From Microthyrium microscopicum (taxonomy: Eukaryota): a stretch of DNA of 64,000 nucleotides. A program made the translations under genes and the position numbers. The stretch covers positions 1,027,359-1,091,358 of the forward strand of contig MU004241.1 in assembly GCA_010405405.1 (NCBI GenBank). The letters are read 5' to 3'. Position 1 is the stretch's first letter. Each line of letters begins with the position of its first letter. Shown piece after piece: positions 36,624 to 48,900 of this stretch. The notes beneath the pieces are model-generated. The model was given only the letters and a program-made list of their open reading frames with translations. It was not told where the DNA came from and ran no database searches.

Positions 36624-37684
36624 CTAACCAATCAAGCCAGAACGCATCAACAATCCAAGACCCATGCCTCCTCCGAACATGGCCGCAACAGAAATGATAC
36701 TTGATACTGAGAGCATGGACATGCCTGTAATACCATGTCCAGACGTGCATCCACCAGCCATCCGTGAACCGAATATCATAAGAAACCCACCCAAGAATGC
36801 TCGTTCGTTTGATATTGGCATACTATCGCCAATAGCAAATTCCGGAAATTGTTGACGCATCAGGTACGTTCCTAGCATGGCACTCAGTGCAAAGTGGATA
36901 TTGCCGAATGACGGCCGGGTCTTAGGCTGCTGACCGCGGATGGTATCGATGAAGTACCATATCCAGGCACCAAACTCTTCATATGATCCTGAGATCCCAA
37001 GTCCTTGACCGCTCAGCAGGACCGATGCCAACTGAGAGAGTCCGACGAGCAAGCCACCAACGATTGGATTCAACAGGTACGGTGCTGAAGGTTGTTGGCT
37101 CGACAGGACGATGGCTCCCATCATTAGCGCTTCAAAGGCCAGCAAAGTCGTACTAGGATCAGTATGCAGTTTTGAGTAGACGCAATTTTGGCTTTCATCG
37201 GATTTTTCTCGCTTGGCAGCGGCAGTTTTGAGATATGGCGCTGTTCCGAAGTAGACGAAGCCGGCGAAGAGACCTCCTAGCAATACAGGCACCCCAGAGG
37301 CTATTGCTGATGCCACTTGGAGGTAGACGGTGCCAGGACAGCTACCTGTGAGAGTCATGCCGACTCCGATTAATGCGCCGCCAATAATGTTGCCGTCATA
37401 ACTTCCTAGCCAGCCTAGGTTAGAAGGCGACCTTGGCTTGAGGCTTTTATATGATTTTGATAAAACTGTAAGGATGATACTGGGTCAAGTCAGAATCTAA
37501 TTCCACAACCATCGGGAGGTACTCACGCGCTGGCAGCACTAGCTGTTAAGAATACTTTCATCATGTGGAAATCTTGAAGATACATCTGGTCGATTATCAC
37601 AGATGGGAGATAAACGCCAGCAGCTGTGAGGGCGGAGCCAAATAGGGCGCCGCGCAAAGTCTTTGCGACCAAATTGTACGACAT
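36624..37684 (-). CDS. YeeE/YedE-family sulfur (thiosulfate) transporter, 2 exons
   Basis: Polytopic Gly-rich membrane protein with GMTLTGSCPGT and GSRMAGGCTSGHGITG signature motifs; ATG 37684; intron ~37525-37481. Confidence 0.9.
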
Positions 37685-39077
37685 GGTGTTTCTGACTGAT
37701 GGTGGATTGGTGTTGTTGCGAAAAGGATGAATAATAGGGATGATGATATGCTCAGGTGCGTTTATTTATTCAAGACGGCCGTGACTCTCATCATAGGTTG
37801 GTGGTAGACGATGTGACTGATTAGTCTTGTTTGCCGCCTGAAAAACGAATTCAGTGACTTTTGGAGGTGAAGCAGAGTCGGCGATTACAATTGAGTGGAA
37901 TGGATGACGCGAGAACGGAATGAAGAGGGAGGCTCAAAGCTAGGTGCGCTTACTGACTAACACCTAAACAGCCCCAAAATCGTAATGCCTCCCTTGGTTG
38001 AGGAAAAGATTCAGGTGTAGAAGTGAATATTGCTGCTTAAAAGAACCGGTATATGATCGTTATGTGCGGTACCTGCTTTAGGAGGTTGCCAACAAGGCCG
38101 TAAACGGGCCCAAATTTCCTTCTCTTTCTGACAGGCACATGGCCAACCACGCAAACCACACGTGGGAATGCCAAATACAGCAGGATCGTGGGTCCAGTCG
38201 TCGCGATTGCCTTTCACAGCAGCAATCGTTACTCTAAATATGTAAACACCTGTAGAGATGGTAGTGACTTTTGGAAACTACATCGCCCTTTGTGTAGCAA
38301 CCAAATCGGAGGAATATTCTTAAAGGGAACTTTCCTCCGTATTTTGGCCCTAAGGAAATGGTCGGCGACCAGATCTGGTGGCTGATGAATTATATTCGAA
38401 TGCACCAATGGTAACGGCGATCGCTCCGATCGAAAAGCAACTAGTAACCAATTATCGATATAAAAAGCCATTTGGATATCCTGAACGCCGACTCCAGGAA
38501 AGTTCTACAGCATTCGTTTGCAACAATATATATTATGTATGGTTACTGATCATAATCAACACATATTTGCCTATGGAAGCAAAAACCACATCAATTTCAA
38601 TTTCAAAAGAGTAACAATATCCCAAGTTCGTTTATTGTTTGATTCAAAGGCGATGTGTTCGGCGAGCTACCTGTTACAAACGTGTCAGAATTACTCATCC
38701 AGTTTGGCAGTTATTTTGAAGTAACAGGTAGTGTTCAATTCGGACACCACAGATATGCTTGAATGCTTTACAGACCCTGCAGTGCCAGCTATCTTGTCTT
38801 ACCTACCTAATCTAGCAAAACTCTTCGCCGATGTCCAGTTATATGCGCTCAAAGTACACATTAGATGAGCTAACTAACATCTCCCTGTCCGAAGCGGCCT
38901 TCGTATAAAGAAGCTCGGGGCTCAAGTCTGATATAAGAATACACCCACAAGTTATCAAGTCAAGTCAAAAGAAACTTTCCCATCAGTCTGGATTACCTTT
39001 CCCACAAATTCGGTTCTTCCGTCTCACAAATCTCGTACTACCCACTGCAACTAGCTGATTCACATAGAAGAATCACC

Positions 39078-39998
39078 ATGGCTGCGCTAGCAACAAAACA
39101 AATCCCCTCAGAGCCCCTGGTTCATACACAGTTTGAGACAGTCACTGGCACCTGGCAGTACATTGTCGCGGACCCAAACACAAAAATAGCCGTGATAATT
39201 GATTCTGTTCTGGATTTTGATCCAGCCACCGCCACCGTGAGCACCAAGGCGGCGGATAATCTCCTAACATCTATCCGGGATCATGGCTACTCAGTGTCGC
39301 ACATCCTCGAGACCCACGCCCATGCCGATCATCTTACAGCCGCAAGGTATCTCAAGTCAAAGCTTACCTGCGGTGCTCAGCAGCCGCTCGTCTGTATAGG
39401 CGCAGGCATTGAGCAGGTCCAGCGGACTTTTGCTGAAAACTACGGTATCTCAGACACGGATCTGGCTGGAGCCTTTGACAAGACTTTTGGCGACAATGAA
39501 CAGTTCCAGATTGGAGGGTTCACCGCAACGGTTCTGCACCTCCCTGGTCATACACCGGACCATATTGGATACAAGATCGGATCGAATGTGTTCACGGGCG
39601 ATTCTATGTTTAATCCAGATGTTGGTAGCGCACGATGTGACTTTCCTGGTGGCTCTCCAGTTGAGCTCTTTGCGTCGACTCGTAAGCTATTGGCACTGCC
39701 GGCTCATTTTCGTTTATACACTGGGCACGACTATCCACCCGCAGGGCGTGAAGCTCAGGCGTATTATACGGTCGAAGAGCATAGGCAGCAGAACAAACAT
39801 GTTGGATCCCAAGCAAACCGGGAAGACTTCATCAAGTGGCGGTCAGAGAGAGATAGTCAATTAGGAGAGCCAAGGTTATTACACCAAGCACTTCAAGTCA
39901 ATATTAGGGGAGGGCGATTGCCGACAGTGAATCAACAGGGCATGCGGTTAATAAAAGCCTCAGTAAAAGGGGAAGCTACTCTTCTGGCAGCATTGTAA
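39078..39998 (+). CDS. Persulfide dioxygenase (metallo-beta-lactamase fold, ETHE1/Blh/SdoA-like)
   Basis: IIDSVLDFD, LETHAHADHLTA, PGHTPDH, FTGDSMFNPDVGSARCDFPGG, GHDYPP and PRLLHQALQVNIRGGRLP motifs; uninterrupted ORF. Confidence 0.9.
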   Translation: MAALATKQIPSEPLVHTQFETVTGTWQYIVADPNTKIAVIIDSVLDFDPATATVSTKAADNLLTSIRDHGYSVSHILETHAHADHLTAARYLKSKLTCGAQQPLVCIGAGIEQVQRTFAENYGISDTDLAGAFDKTFGDNEQFQIGGFTATVLHLPGHTPDHIGYKIGSNVFTGDSMFNPDVGSARCDFPGGSPVELFASTRKLLALPAHFRLYTGHDYPPAGREAQAYYTVEEHRQQNKHVGSQANREDFIKWRSERDSQLGEPRLLHQALQVNIRGGRLPTVNQQGMRLIKASVKGEATLLAAL

Positions 39999-40229
39999 GA
40001 GTACATCAAATGATATAAAATTGAGTAGCAAAAAACGGCCTTTTCCAACCTATGCTATTGTCCGAATCCAATCTAACAGTAAAAGAGATCCAACTTCCAT
40101 TCTCGCTCCTGGAACATGATGACATTCTTTTGGTCGCGGATTTGTAACCAAAAGCATTTCCATCACCTCCTATGGCAATGCAAATAGAGTGCCTTAGAAT
40201 CAAACAACGGTAGTAGCATTTTGTCATTC

Positions 40230-41159
40230 CTATCCAAGCATCAGAACTTGGTCAACTTTGACATCCATCTCCTCCAAGCTCACGGGCCGATTGAAGAACA
40301 GCCCAAGCATAGCAATGGTCTTGATGATAGCAGCTATCAGGAGAGCAAACGCCGAATTGACACCTTTATTCGCAAATGCCCCCGCAAAACTACCACCCGC
40401 TAGTGCAAGCAAAAAGGCGAACCGCCGGTTCCGACCACGATTGGTCCCCTTGTAAAGATTCGGATCAATCACCAGATCCACATATGCCGCAGTCGCCATA
40501 GCAGTGGTAATCTCAGTGATCTTGAGACCTCGAGACATGGCGACTTGTGCTGCAGATGAGAAGGCGAGAAGTGAGAGGACGAGATAGGACGTAGGGCCAT
40601 TCTTGACCACAGGGTAGCAATACTGAATTGCCACGGCTGCCCAAACCATGGCCGTCTGAATGAGTGAGGAGAGCAGAAGCCAGAGACGTCGTCGGGTGCC
40701 CACGACGTTGCCGATTTGGCCAGCTACCCAGCCGCCGGCGAGAAACAGGGAGAGTGAGATGCCGATGTTCTCGAATTGGAAGGCACCTGGTGCCAGACCG
40801 GACACCCCGATGGCGAGGAGCACTGTATTACCTGTTTGATTTGAGGCGAAACAGAAGAAGTCGGGGTACTATTTACAAAGTTCAGTGATTGAGTAGTGAG
40901 TGTTTCTTAGGAGATATCGTACGGTGCAGGCATCTTGTATGCCGGTACCAAAGGCAAGGAGAAGTAGCTCGAGTTCAAGGAGTAGATCTTCTCGAATGGA
41001 CTCGTTCAGATACGTCGATATTGTTCGTTTTCGCATAGGAGATGTGGAGGGTTCTTTGCTCGTCACAGTATTCAAGGCAACGCCCTGTGCTGCGGTGCTG
41101 GAAGGTGACAAGATATGGGCATCAGCTCTGACCAACGACCTCTGTTTAATGTCTTGCAT
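40230..41159 (-). CDS. DUF1275/YoaK-family membrane transporter
   Basis: GIQDACT|YPDFFCFASNQTGNTVLL, AAQVAMSR, ITTAMATAAYVDL and RNRR motifs; one intron ~40922-40869. Confidence 0.88.
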
Positions 41160-41634
41160 ATTTCTTGCAGTCCTAAGCCAGGAAACTAAGTCAACGTGAA
41201 GTAGGGATGAGATGAAGGATTGGATTACAAGGAACGTAGTTCTAGGCAGAAGATCACGATAGCCAGAGAACAAGCTTGGAAACTTCAGCAGTTGAAGAGG
41301 TCTTTAACTCAAAAAGTCGGAGTGACTGCCGTTCGCGCAAATCCAGGAGCAATCACCGTCCCTATAGTCTCAACCATTTGATATCGCCGTATTGACTCCA
41401 TCTGCAGGTCTCTTGGACTTTTGGGCACCGGATGTTGTCCCTAAAACCTCTCTTGTCTCCAAAAACACTGTTAAAGTTGCCAAAGTGAGCAGATTCTCCA
41501 CATCCGATGCCTTCCATAGGCCAGAAATGTCTCCGGGGCGGTGAAAACCGGAAATTTTGCAATGGACCACAAGATGCAACAACAAACTCTAACGTCAATT
41601 CAACACCAAAAACCCATCTGAAAGGTCAGCCAAG

Positions 41635-41717
41635 AATTGTGGCGACAGGGTATAAAGACCCCTAAAAATTGTGGCGACAAGGGTTGAAAATGTGGCGACA
41701 AGGAGAGCTTGTCGCCA
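41635..41717. repeat. Cluster of TGTGGCGACA direct repeats plus one inverted copy
   Basis: Direct copies at 41638-41647, 41670-41679 and 41691-41700; inverted CTTGTCGCCA at 41708-41717. Confidence 0.85.
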
Positions 41718-42120
41718 TCTTTTTCAGTTGCTGTTTCGGCGCATATAAGAGGTAGACATCGTCAAGCGGAATCGGTTGCATGCGTTAGAAGCTCTGCGCT
41801 GGTCCTGCTGTGGGTTTGGTAGCGTCATAATCTAGAGAGAAGACGGCAGAGTAGAGCATGATGTCTTATCAATCCAAATCGCCCTGTGGTAGTGCGTTGT
41901 AGCCTCGAAGAGCTGAATCCAGAACTCTCACTTCTCTTTTCGACGGTAAAATTGCGAAGAATGACATCTTCCGTCTAGAGAGTTCACCTGCCAATATAGG
42001 AAGAAGCAAAGCAATCGCAGAAGCGGTCACCTCCAACTTGGAAAGCAACTATAGTGAAAGTCATACTATCCATGAAAAGCGGCCTACAGCATGAAGTTAG
42101 CGCATGTCCACGGGAAAAAG

Positions 42121-45100
42121 GAAGAGAAGTTTTTGGACCCCCCCTTTTTGGACCCCCCGTCCTGTAGGGGACCCTAACGCCCATTTTGGGCGCTTAATAG
42201 GGGTAATAGCGTCGCTACTAAATTTGTTAGTAGGCGCCATTTTGGGCCTAAGAGGGACGTATTTAATAGTAGAACTAGTGGGATTAGAAGGTAAGATCTT
42301 AACTAATTCTTAGCTAGTAGGAATTGATTTAAAGCTAAGATTTTAGTTAAAATATTAAATTTTAGTATTAAAGTTAATGCTACTATATAGGTAGAGATAA
42401 AGGAAAGAAGCAACAGTAAAGACAAAGGAAAGGATAGATTTTAAAGTACTTATAATCCTCTACTATTCTTTTAGGTCGTTACGGGAAGAGCATAATATAA
42501 TATTATGCCCTTTTCTACTATATCTTAAATAATACTAATTAACCTAAGTTAGCTCATAATAGCCTATATTTATCTCTTTCTACTTTTTAGCGTCTAGGCC
42601 CTACGTAACCATAGACTCTAGCAAAATTAAAGTATTATTGTTTATAATCTATAAATTATTAATAGAGATTAGCTTTATAGTATACTAAGTAGGGGTACTA
42701 AAGACTTTATTATTGTTAGTATTATTAAGATAGGCCTACTATAAATTATTAATAAACTAGAAGTAGTAGACAAAGTCTATTAGATTAGCACTAATTTTAT
42801 TATTTTAAAGAATAGTAAATGTGTATACGTAAGAGAATAAGTTGTCTTACTAGTAATAATAGCTATAGCTATAAGTAGTAATGTTAACATAGTATTTAGC
42901 TTTATAATAGCAACTATTCTTATTATTATAATAAGTAACTATAGCTATAACCTCTAGGATATCTTTAAAGGTATTAAAGTTAATAGTATATTTAGAAGTG
43001 TACTTATGGGTAGCTTTTAGGTAAACCTTTCCTTAAGTTGTAAGATATTATATTAAGATCTCTTGTCTTTAAGATAACCTTAAAATCTTTAGATTTATAG
43101 CTCGTAGCTATTCTATGCGCTTCTTTATAACTTAATCCTAAATGTAAATAAGTAGTTTAATAAAATACTTATTATGCGCTTTCTTTATTATTAAGTTAGT
43201 AATCTTGCTAAAATTAAATATAGTATAACTATATCTTAACGTAAGAAAGTATTAGAAGTTCTAAAGAGCCTTATCTCCTTAGGTATTAATATAGCTTATG
43301 AAGATTAGATTAACCTATAATCCTTCTTAAATTATCCATTTATAGTAAGCGTTAGTATTAGTATGAGTAAGTTAGTATGTAAGTTGTTTATAGAGCTTAC
43401 TATAAGCGCGTATCTTTATATTTTATACTAAATAGAAGATATAATAGCCTAGCGTGAATTAAGGAAAGGTAAAGGGAATAGTATTCTATAAGCCTTTATT
43501 ATGATTAGAAATAATTATTATTTAGCGACCTATAAATAGGTTAGTTAAAGTAGTAGAAGTAGTATAAAGTTACGTTATAGTAAAGCTATAAAGGGGTCTT
43601 AAAGATATAATAATAATTTAATAGGGTAAATAGAACGAAATAACTAGCTTTAAAGGGGTCTTAGCGTTACCTAATATTAAAATCTTACTTTTAAATATCT
43701 TATCTACTTCTAGTATTACTAGCTTATAGTTTCTATACTACTATAACTACGCGTTATTATTTTTACTCTTAATAATTCCCTACGCGTAAATAATTAATTT
43801 ACTCTTAGAATTAAATCTATAAGCTATAATGAGCTTTAGACTATACTTATTTTAATAATGCGCTACGTTAAAGGTTAAGTATTTAGGTAAGAACTTCTAA
43901 GTTATTTAACTAACAAAAGGATAAATAAAGATACGTTTATAGTACCCCTCTTTAATCTTTAGATACTTCATAATAATTATAAGATTATAGTATATTAACT
44001 ATGCAAGATAAGAAGGAAATAACTTAAAGTTCTTTCTAAAGTTATCTATAAATTTGCTAAAAAGCTTATACTTTACTTTAAGGACCTACTAGTTACTTAT
44101 ATTTATACCTATAATATGCTTTAACATCGTGATAATATCTTTAGGTGCTATTTTGGTAGTAATATGTGCATTCTACGTAATAATCTACCTTAATACTAGC
44201 GTTCAAAATATCTACGCCCTTAATGGGATAGCTATAGTAACGTAGATATAGTTCTTTATAGGATTTAGCTTCGTATAAACCTATACTATATTATTAGTAT
44301 CTTTTAAGCGCTTCTTTAAGGTTATACGCGCGTGCTATTTGCATCTTATAATAGCGTAGTTATAAATCTATTATTTAGCTATATGCCCTAAACTAGTATT
44401 CTTCTTTAAATTATACCCCTCCTTTAACGCGTATAATCACACCTAATTGTTAAAGTCTATAGAAGTTTTAAAAACTATACCTTTAAATAGCTTTTAAGGA
44501 GCATAGATGCCATAGAATGGTAGGCTAAATTCCATATTGAAATGATAAAGATTAGATAAGAATAAGTAAAGTTAAAGAGTAAGATTTTAGTATTTATTAC
44601 TAATATTAGATATAGATATTTACATATTTATGCTAGAATTATTATTAAATACTATTTAGCTATATTCCCTTACTAAATCCTATCCTCTTACGATATTCTG
44701 ATTGATTTTATAATATTAATGGACATTAACGGCGGTGAAGCTATATTAATAGAGATTTCATAACATTTGGCATAGAATTAAACCTATATTGTATATAGAT
44801 ATAATTTAGGTATATTTACCTATAGATTTCTATATCTATATTATCTTCTTGTATATTTTAGACTTGATATTAAGAGATCTTGACTCTCTATCTTTACGAT
44901 CCTAAGCGATAGTGATATCAATACTAGAGTCAAGATCTCTTAATATCCTATCCTATAGATACTTTAGTGATATAATTTACTAATAAAAGCTATATTTTGA
45001 TAGGGAATTTATGAAGCTATAGCTACGTATGTATTGATATATTTTAATAGAGTTGTTAAGCACAATCTAGACTTAGGATTTAATGCGTCTAGAATCCTTT

Positions 45101-45275
45101 AGTGGTAAGTTCCTCCTAGTAGAGCCCTTTAATTTTACTATAGGATGCTATAAGGTTATATATTTATATAGCGCGCTAGTACTAACTTTTGACAAGGAAT
45201 ATTTAAGGCTAGGTGGCTTTGGGGTCCCCTGCAGGACGGGGGGTCCAAAGAAGGGGGGTCCGAAAACTTATCCTC
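42121..45275 (-). mobile_element. Mutator/MuDR (MULE) DNA transposon, full length, RIP-inactivated
   Basis: ~60-bp TIRs (left GAAGAGAAGTTTTTGGACCCCCC..., right reverse complement GAGGATAAGTTTTCGGACCCCCC...); perfect 10-bp TSD CGGGAAAAAG at 42111-42120 and 45276-45285; AT-rich interior. Confidence 0.92.
42500..44535 (-). pseudogene. RIP-mutated MuDR-type transposase
   Basis: Conceptual translation from ATG 44535 gives LFKGIVF...YALKEGY...PKDII with many stops. A SWIM-like remnant near 42820-42900 has Cys changed to Tyr, as expected from G-to-A RIP. The 3' end is approximate. Confidence 0.75.
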
Positions 45276-45901
45276 CGGGAAAAAGAGTGCAGAGCTCTGC
45301 TCTTCAGAAAAAATCCACTAACCAGGTCATTCACAAGCGGTGTCTGCTCCTATTCGTCTAACCGCTGCAAGCACTCGATAACAATGCCCAGCCCTCCGGA
45401 TTCGGATAGGCGGATCAGCGGCCCTCGCGGACATGACCTTCATCGAATCGTGATGACTCTAATTGACGTTTTTGGCACAAAAAGTGAGGCCTTGGGAAGC
45501 AAAAAGAGGAAACGGAAAGTCGAAGTAAGATGGGCGTTGGCGGTTTATATAAGAATCATATCAACCTCCTAGATTTCGCAGGCATTTCCCTGATGTGGCT
45601 TATCACGTCAAGAGTGCTTCGATCACGAAATAATTCTGAGGTTAGTCAAAACGCCTCTGAAGCATGGATTCTGGGTTTGTACAGCAGTTCTGGAGATGCA
45701 TGAGAGGTTTCTAGCTCGTATGCTGTGGCCCCGGTTGTGCATGAAGCCTACGACTGGTCGCCGACTTCAGTCTTCGACGAAGCGACCACTCAAACAGCAT
45801 AACAACCACATACCTGGGAACTTGGACTGAACAATCTATGCATTCGCTAATTCTGGGTATCATAAGTAACGTCAACTGGCCGAGTAAAGGTACCACATCA
45901 A

Positions 45902-48900
45902 TCATGCCAAGGCTCGAATCCCTCCTCCACCTTTCTTGTTTCCCTTGAATTTTGCTCCTCCGCCAGAAGAGCCGCCTTTCTTCGAATACGAAGTCTGTCT
46001 TTTGCGGGGATATGAACCACCTTTTTGGAAGGGTTTAGTGAAATTCTTCGCTGCGGGTTTGCTCGATGCCTTGCTCAGCTGCTGGAATTTCTTGTTGAAT
46101 GCTTCTACGGCGGGATCTTTACTGGCTAGGCCACTGGAAGGTACAGTTGGCCCCTGAAAGAAATGACTCTCCTCCATTGCATCGAGATCGTCGTCGTCTG
46201 AGAAATTATCATCTTCGTCCACGTCCTTGGTGAGGTCAATCACTGTCTCGCGGTTTGGGTCATGAGGCCGGAAGGTTGGATTGTCTCGAGGCATTCTTTT
46301 CTTTCCAAGGGGAGAAGCTTCGGGGTCATTGGATATCGTTCGTTTGATCAGGGCCAGGAACCTATCGCCAAACTGGGTTACTGAAGTCGAGTTCACCCCT
46401 TCCAAAGCTAGCATCTCCTGTTTAGAACTTGGAAGTGCAAGCGCCATGTGCTGGAGCACAGTATTCGAGAATGGTGGGTATCGAAGCGCATTCTTCAACT
46501 TAAGATCCATAGACAGCTTGGTCGCGTGGTGCAAGAATAGTTCAATATTCTTCTTGTGCCCAGGACTCAGTGCCTGCATGATCTCGTCTCCAATGATAGG
46601 ACCTGTATCTCGTGTTGGTGTCTTGTTGCCTCTGAAGGATTGCGTCGATTGTTCAAAGAAGTCTTCGTCGTCTTCGTCGTCATCAACCACGAAACCATCA
46701 TGAACATAACCATGCTGCCCAGTAGGTTGTTCGTTGTCAAAGTACTTATCGTCATCATCGTCAACAACCCGTCTAGGGGCACGGCGTTTCGAAGCTTCTT
46801 GGGCAGGAGACGAGACATAAGTCGACAGACCTTGCTCACGACGAGAAGCTGGCTTTTCTGCATTCTTCTTGGCCTTTGCCTTTGTTTTGCTTTTGGCAGC
46901 GACTTTCTTCGGGGTACGATCGGTTCGCACGTTCATCTCAAAAGTGGGAACCCGGCTCTGAGTATATAGATTTGCAAGCCGCCCGGGCTAAAAAAAAAGG
47001 TCAGCCATGTTATGGTTGCAAGGCAATGGGAACTTACAATAATGTACTGCACCGTGAATTGTTTGTTGGTTTGCTTGTTCACATCCCCAAGTATACCTTG
47101 CATCAAAAGCTTCCAGAAAAAGCGCTCAACATCTTCACGTACCAATTCCTTTCCACTACCATGATGCGACATCTTGCGTCCATTGGGATCTGTGATTGCC
47201 TTTCCGCCTCGATAATGATCTATTAGCTTGAGCATTGTGACATCGAGTTTAAAAGTCTCGCCATCGTCCCATCCACGGTTTCGGGTTGGAGGTTGACATT
47301 CATAAATCAGGGCAACTGCATTTTTGGCATGTTCTGTGAAATCTTCTGTCTCAAAGGTAGCTCCTGAATTGCAGTTGTCGCATTCTTTGTAGCATTCTTC
47401 GGGGTCGAATATGTCACCAAAGTATCGCAACACTTGTTCGCGACGACAGTCAGTTTTGTTGTCGCAGAACTGGGAAACAACATTCAGCATCTCGAGCTGT
47501 GTTTGCTTTTGTTCAGGGGTCCCCTCTCCTTCTTGAATCATTCTCTTGTATTTGGGAAAGTCTGCCCCCGAGTAGAAAAGAATGCAGGAAGATCGATTGC
47601 CATCGCGGCCGGCTCGACCAGTCTCTTGATAATATCCCTCTAGGCTTTTCGGAATACTGTGGTGAATAACAAAGCGCACATCAGGTTTATCGATTCCCAT
47701 GCCAAACGCTACCGTTGCAACAATAACCTTGTACACTCCACGCTGCCATTTCTCCTGGATATCGGTCTTTTCTCCATCCTCTACTTCGGCATGATAATGA
47801 TGTGCGGAAATATTGCTTTCTCTTAATTTTTGAGCGACCGTTTCGCAGGTTTTGCGGGCTAGACAATATATGATGCCACATTGATCACGAAACGAGCCTT
47901 TGATGATTTCGACAATATCCTTCATGACGCTGGCAGTCTTCTTTCTCACTTCGTAATAGAGATTTGGGCGATTGAAACCTTGCTTGAACACTTTGCAGCC
48001 AGTCATCCCGAGCTGGAACATCACATCGGTTTTGACGTTTTCGGTAGCGGTAGCAGTCAAGGCCATGACGGGAACTCCCGGAAATAGCCTTCTTACGTTC
48101 CCGAGCTCTTTATAATCTGGCCGGAAATCGTGGCCCCATTGACTGACGCAGTGTGCTTCGTCAATGACAATTCGAGCCAACTTGTTTCGCCGATGGAGCT
48201 GAACAAACTGATTAATCATGGCCTGATTTTTGCTGAGCATCTCAGGAGTAACGTAGAGCATGCGAACATATTGCTCAGGTTCCGTCTCTTGCATGCCGGC
48301 TCGTATCAGGTTTTTTGATTCTCGGTCACTTTTGGAGTTTATGAGAAAGGCTTGAATACCAAGAGCATTCAAATGAGCCACCTGATCAGCCATCAAACTC
48401 AACAGTGGAGAAATGACAATAGTGACGCCTCTGGTTTTGCCCTTGTTGATCATTGCTGGCAATTGGTAGCATAGCGACTTACCGCCTCCTGTCGGCATGA
48501 GGACGAAAACATCCTCTCCAGCCAGAGTGGTGTTGATAGAATCAAGCTGATTAGGTCTAAAGCCCGTGAGCTTGAATCTGTGAAGCATTTCCTGCCTAAC
48601 GCTCCTTGACCACGGAAATTTCAGAAGGTCGTGATTGTCCATGGGATTTGCTCTGTATATTGACGGAACCTCCTTTCGAGATTTGGCATGTTGATCGAAC
48701 AGGGTTTTGGTGGTCGCATTTCCCGTCGTCTCTTTCAGAGGTACTCGTGCAGCAGATCGCACAGGTGCTGCTGGAATTTGACGCAAAGACGGCTGGCTGT
48801 CATATTGTTCGGCTGCTTTAACCAAGTCGTCGTCAAAGCCGTCGGATCCAAATTCACCGTCATTGTCAAGCATGAGGGCATCATCATCGTCTTCAAATTT

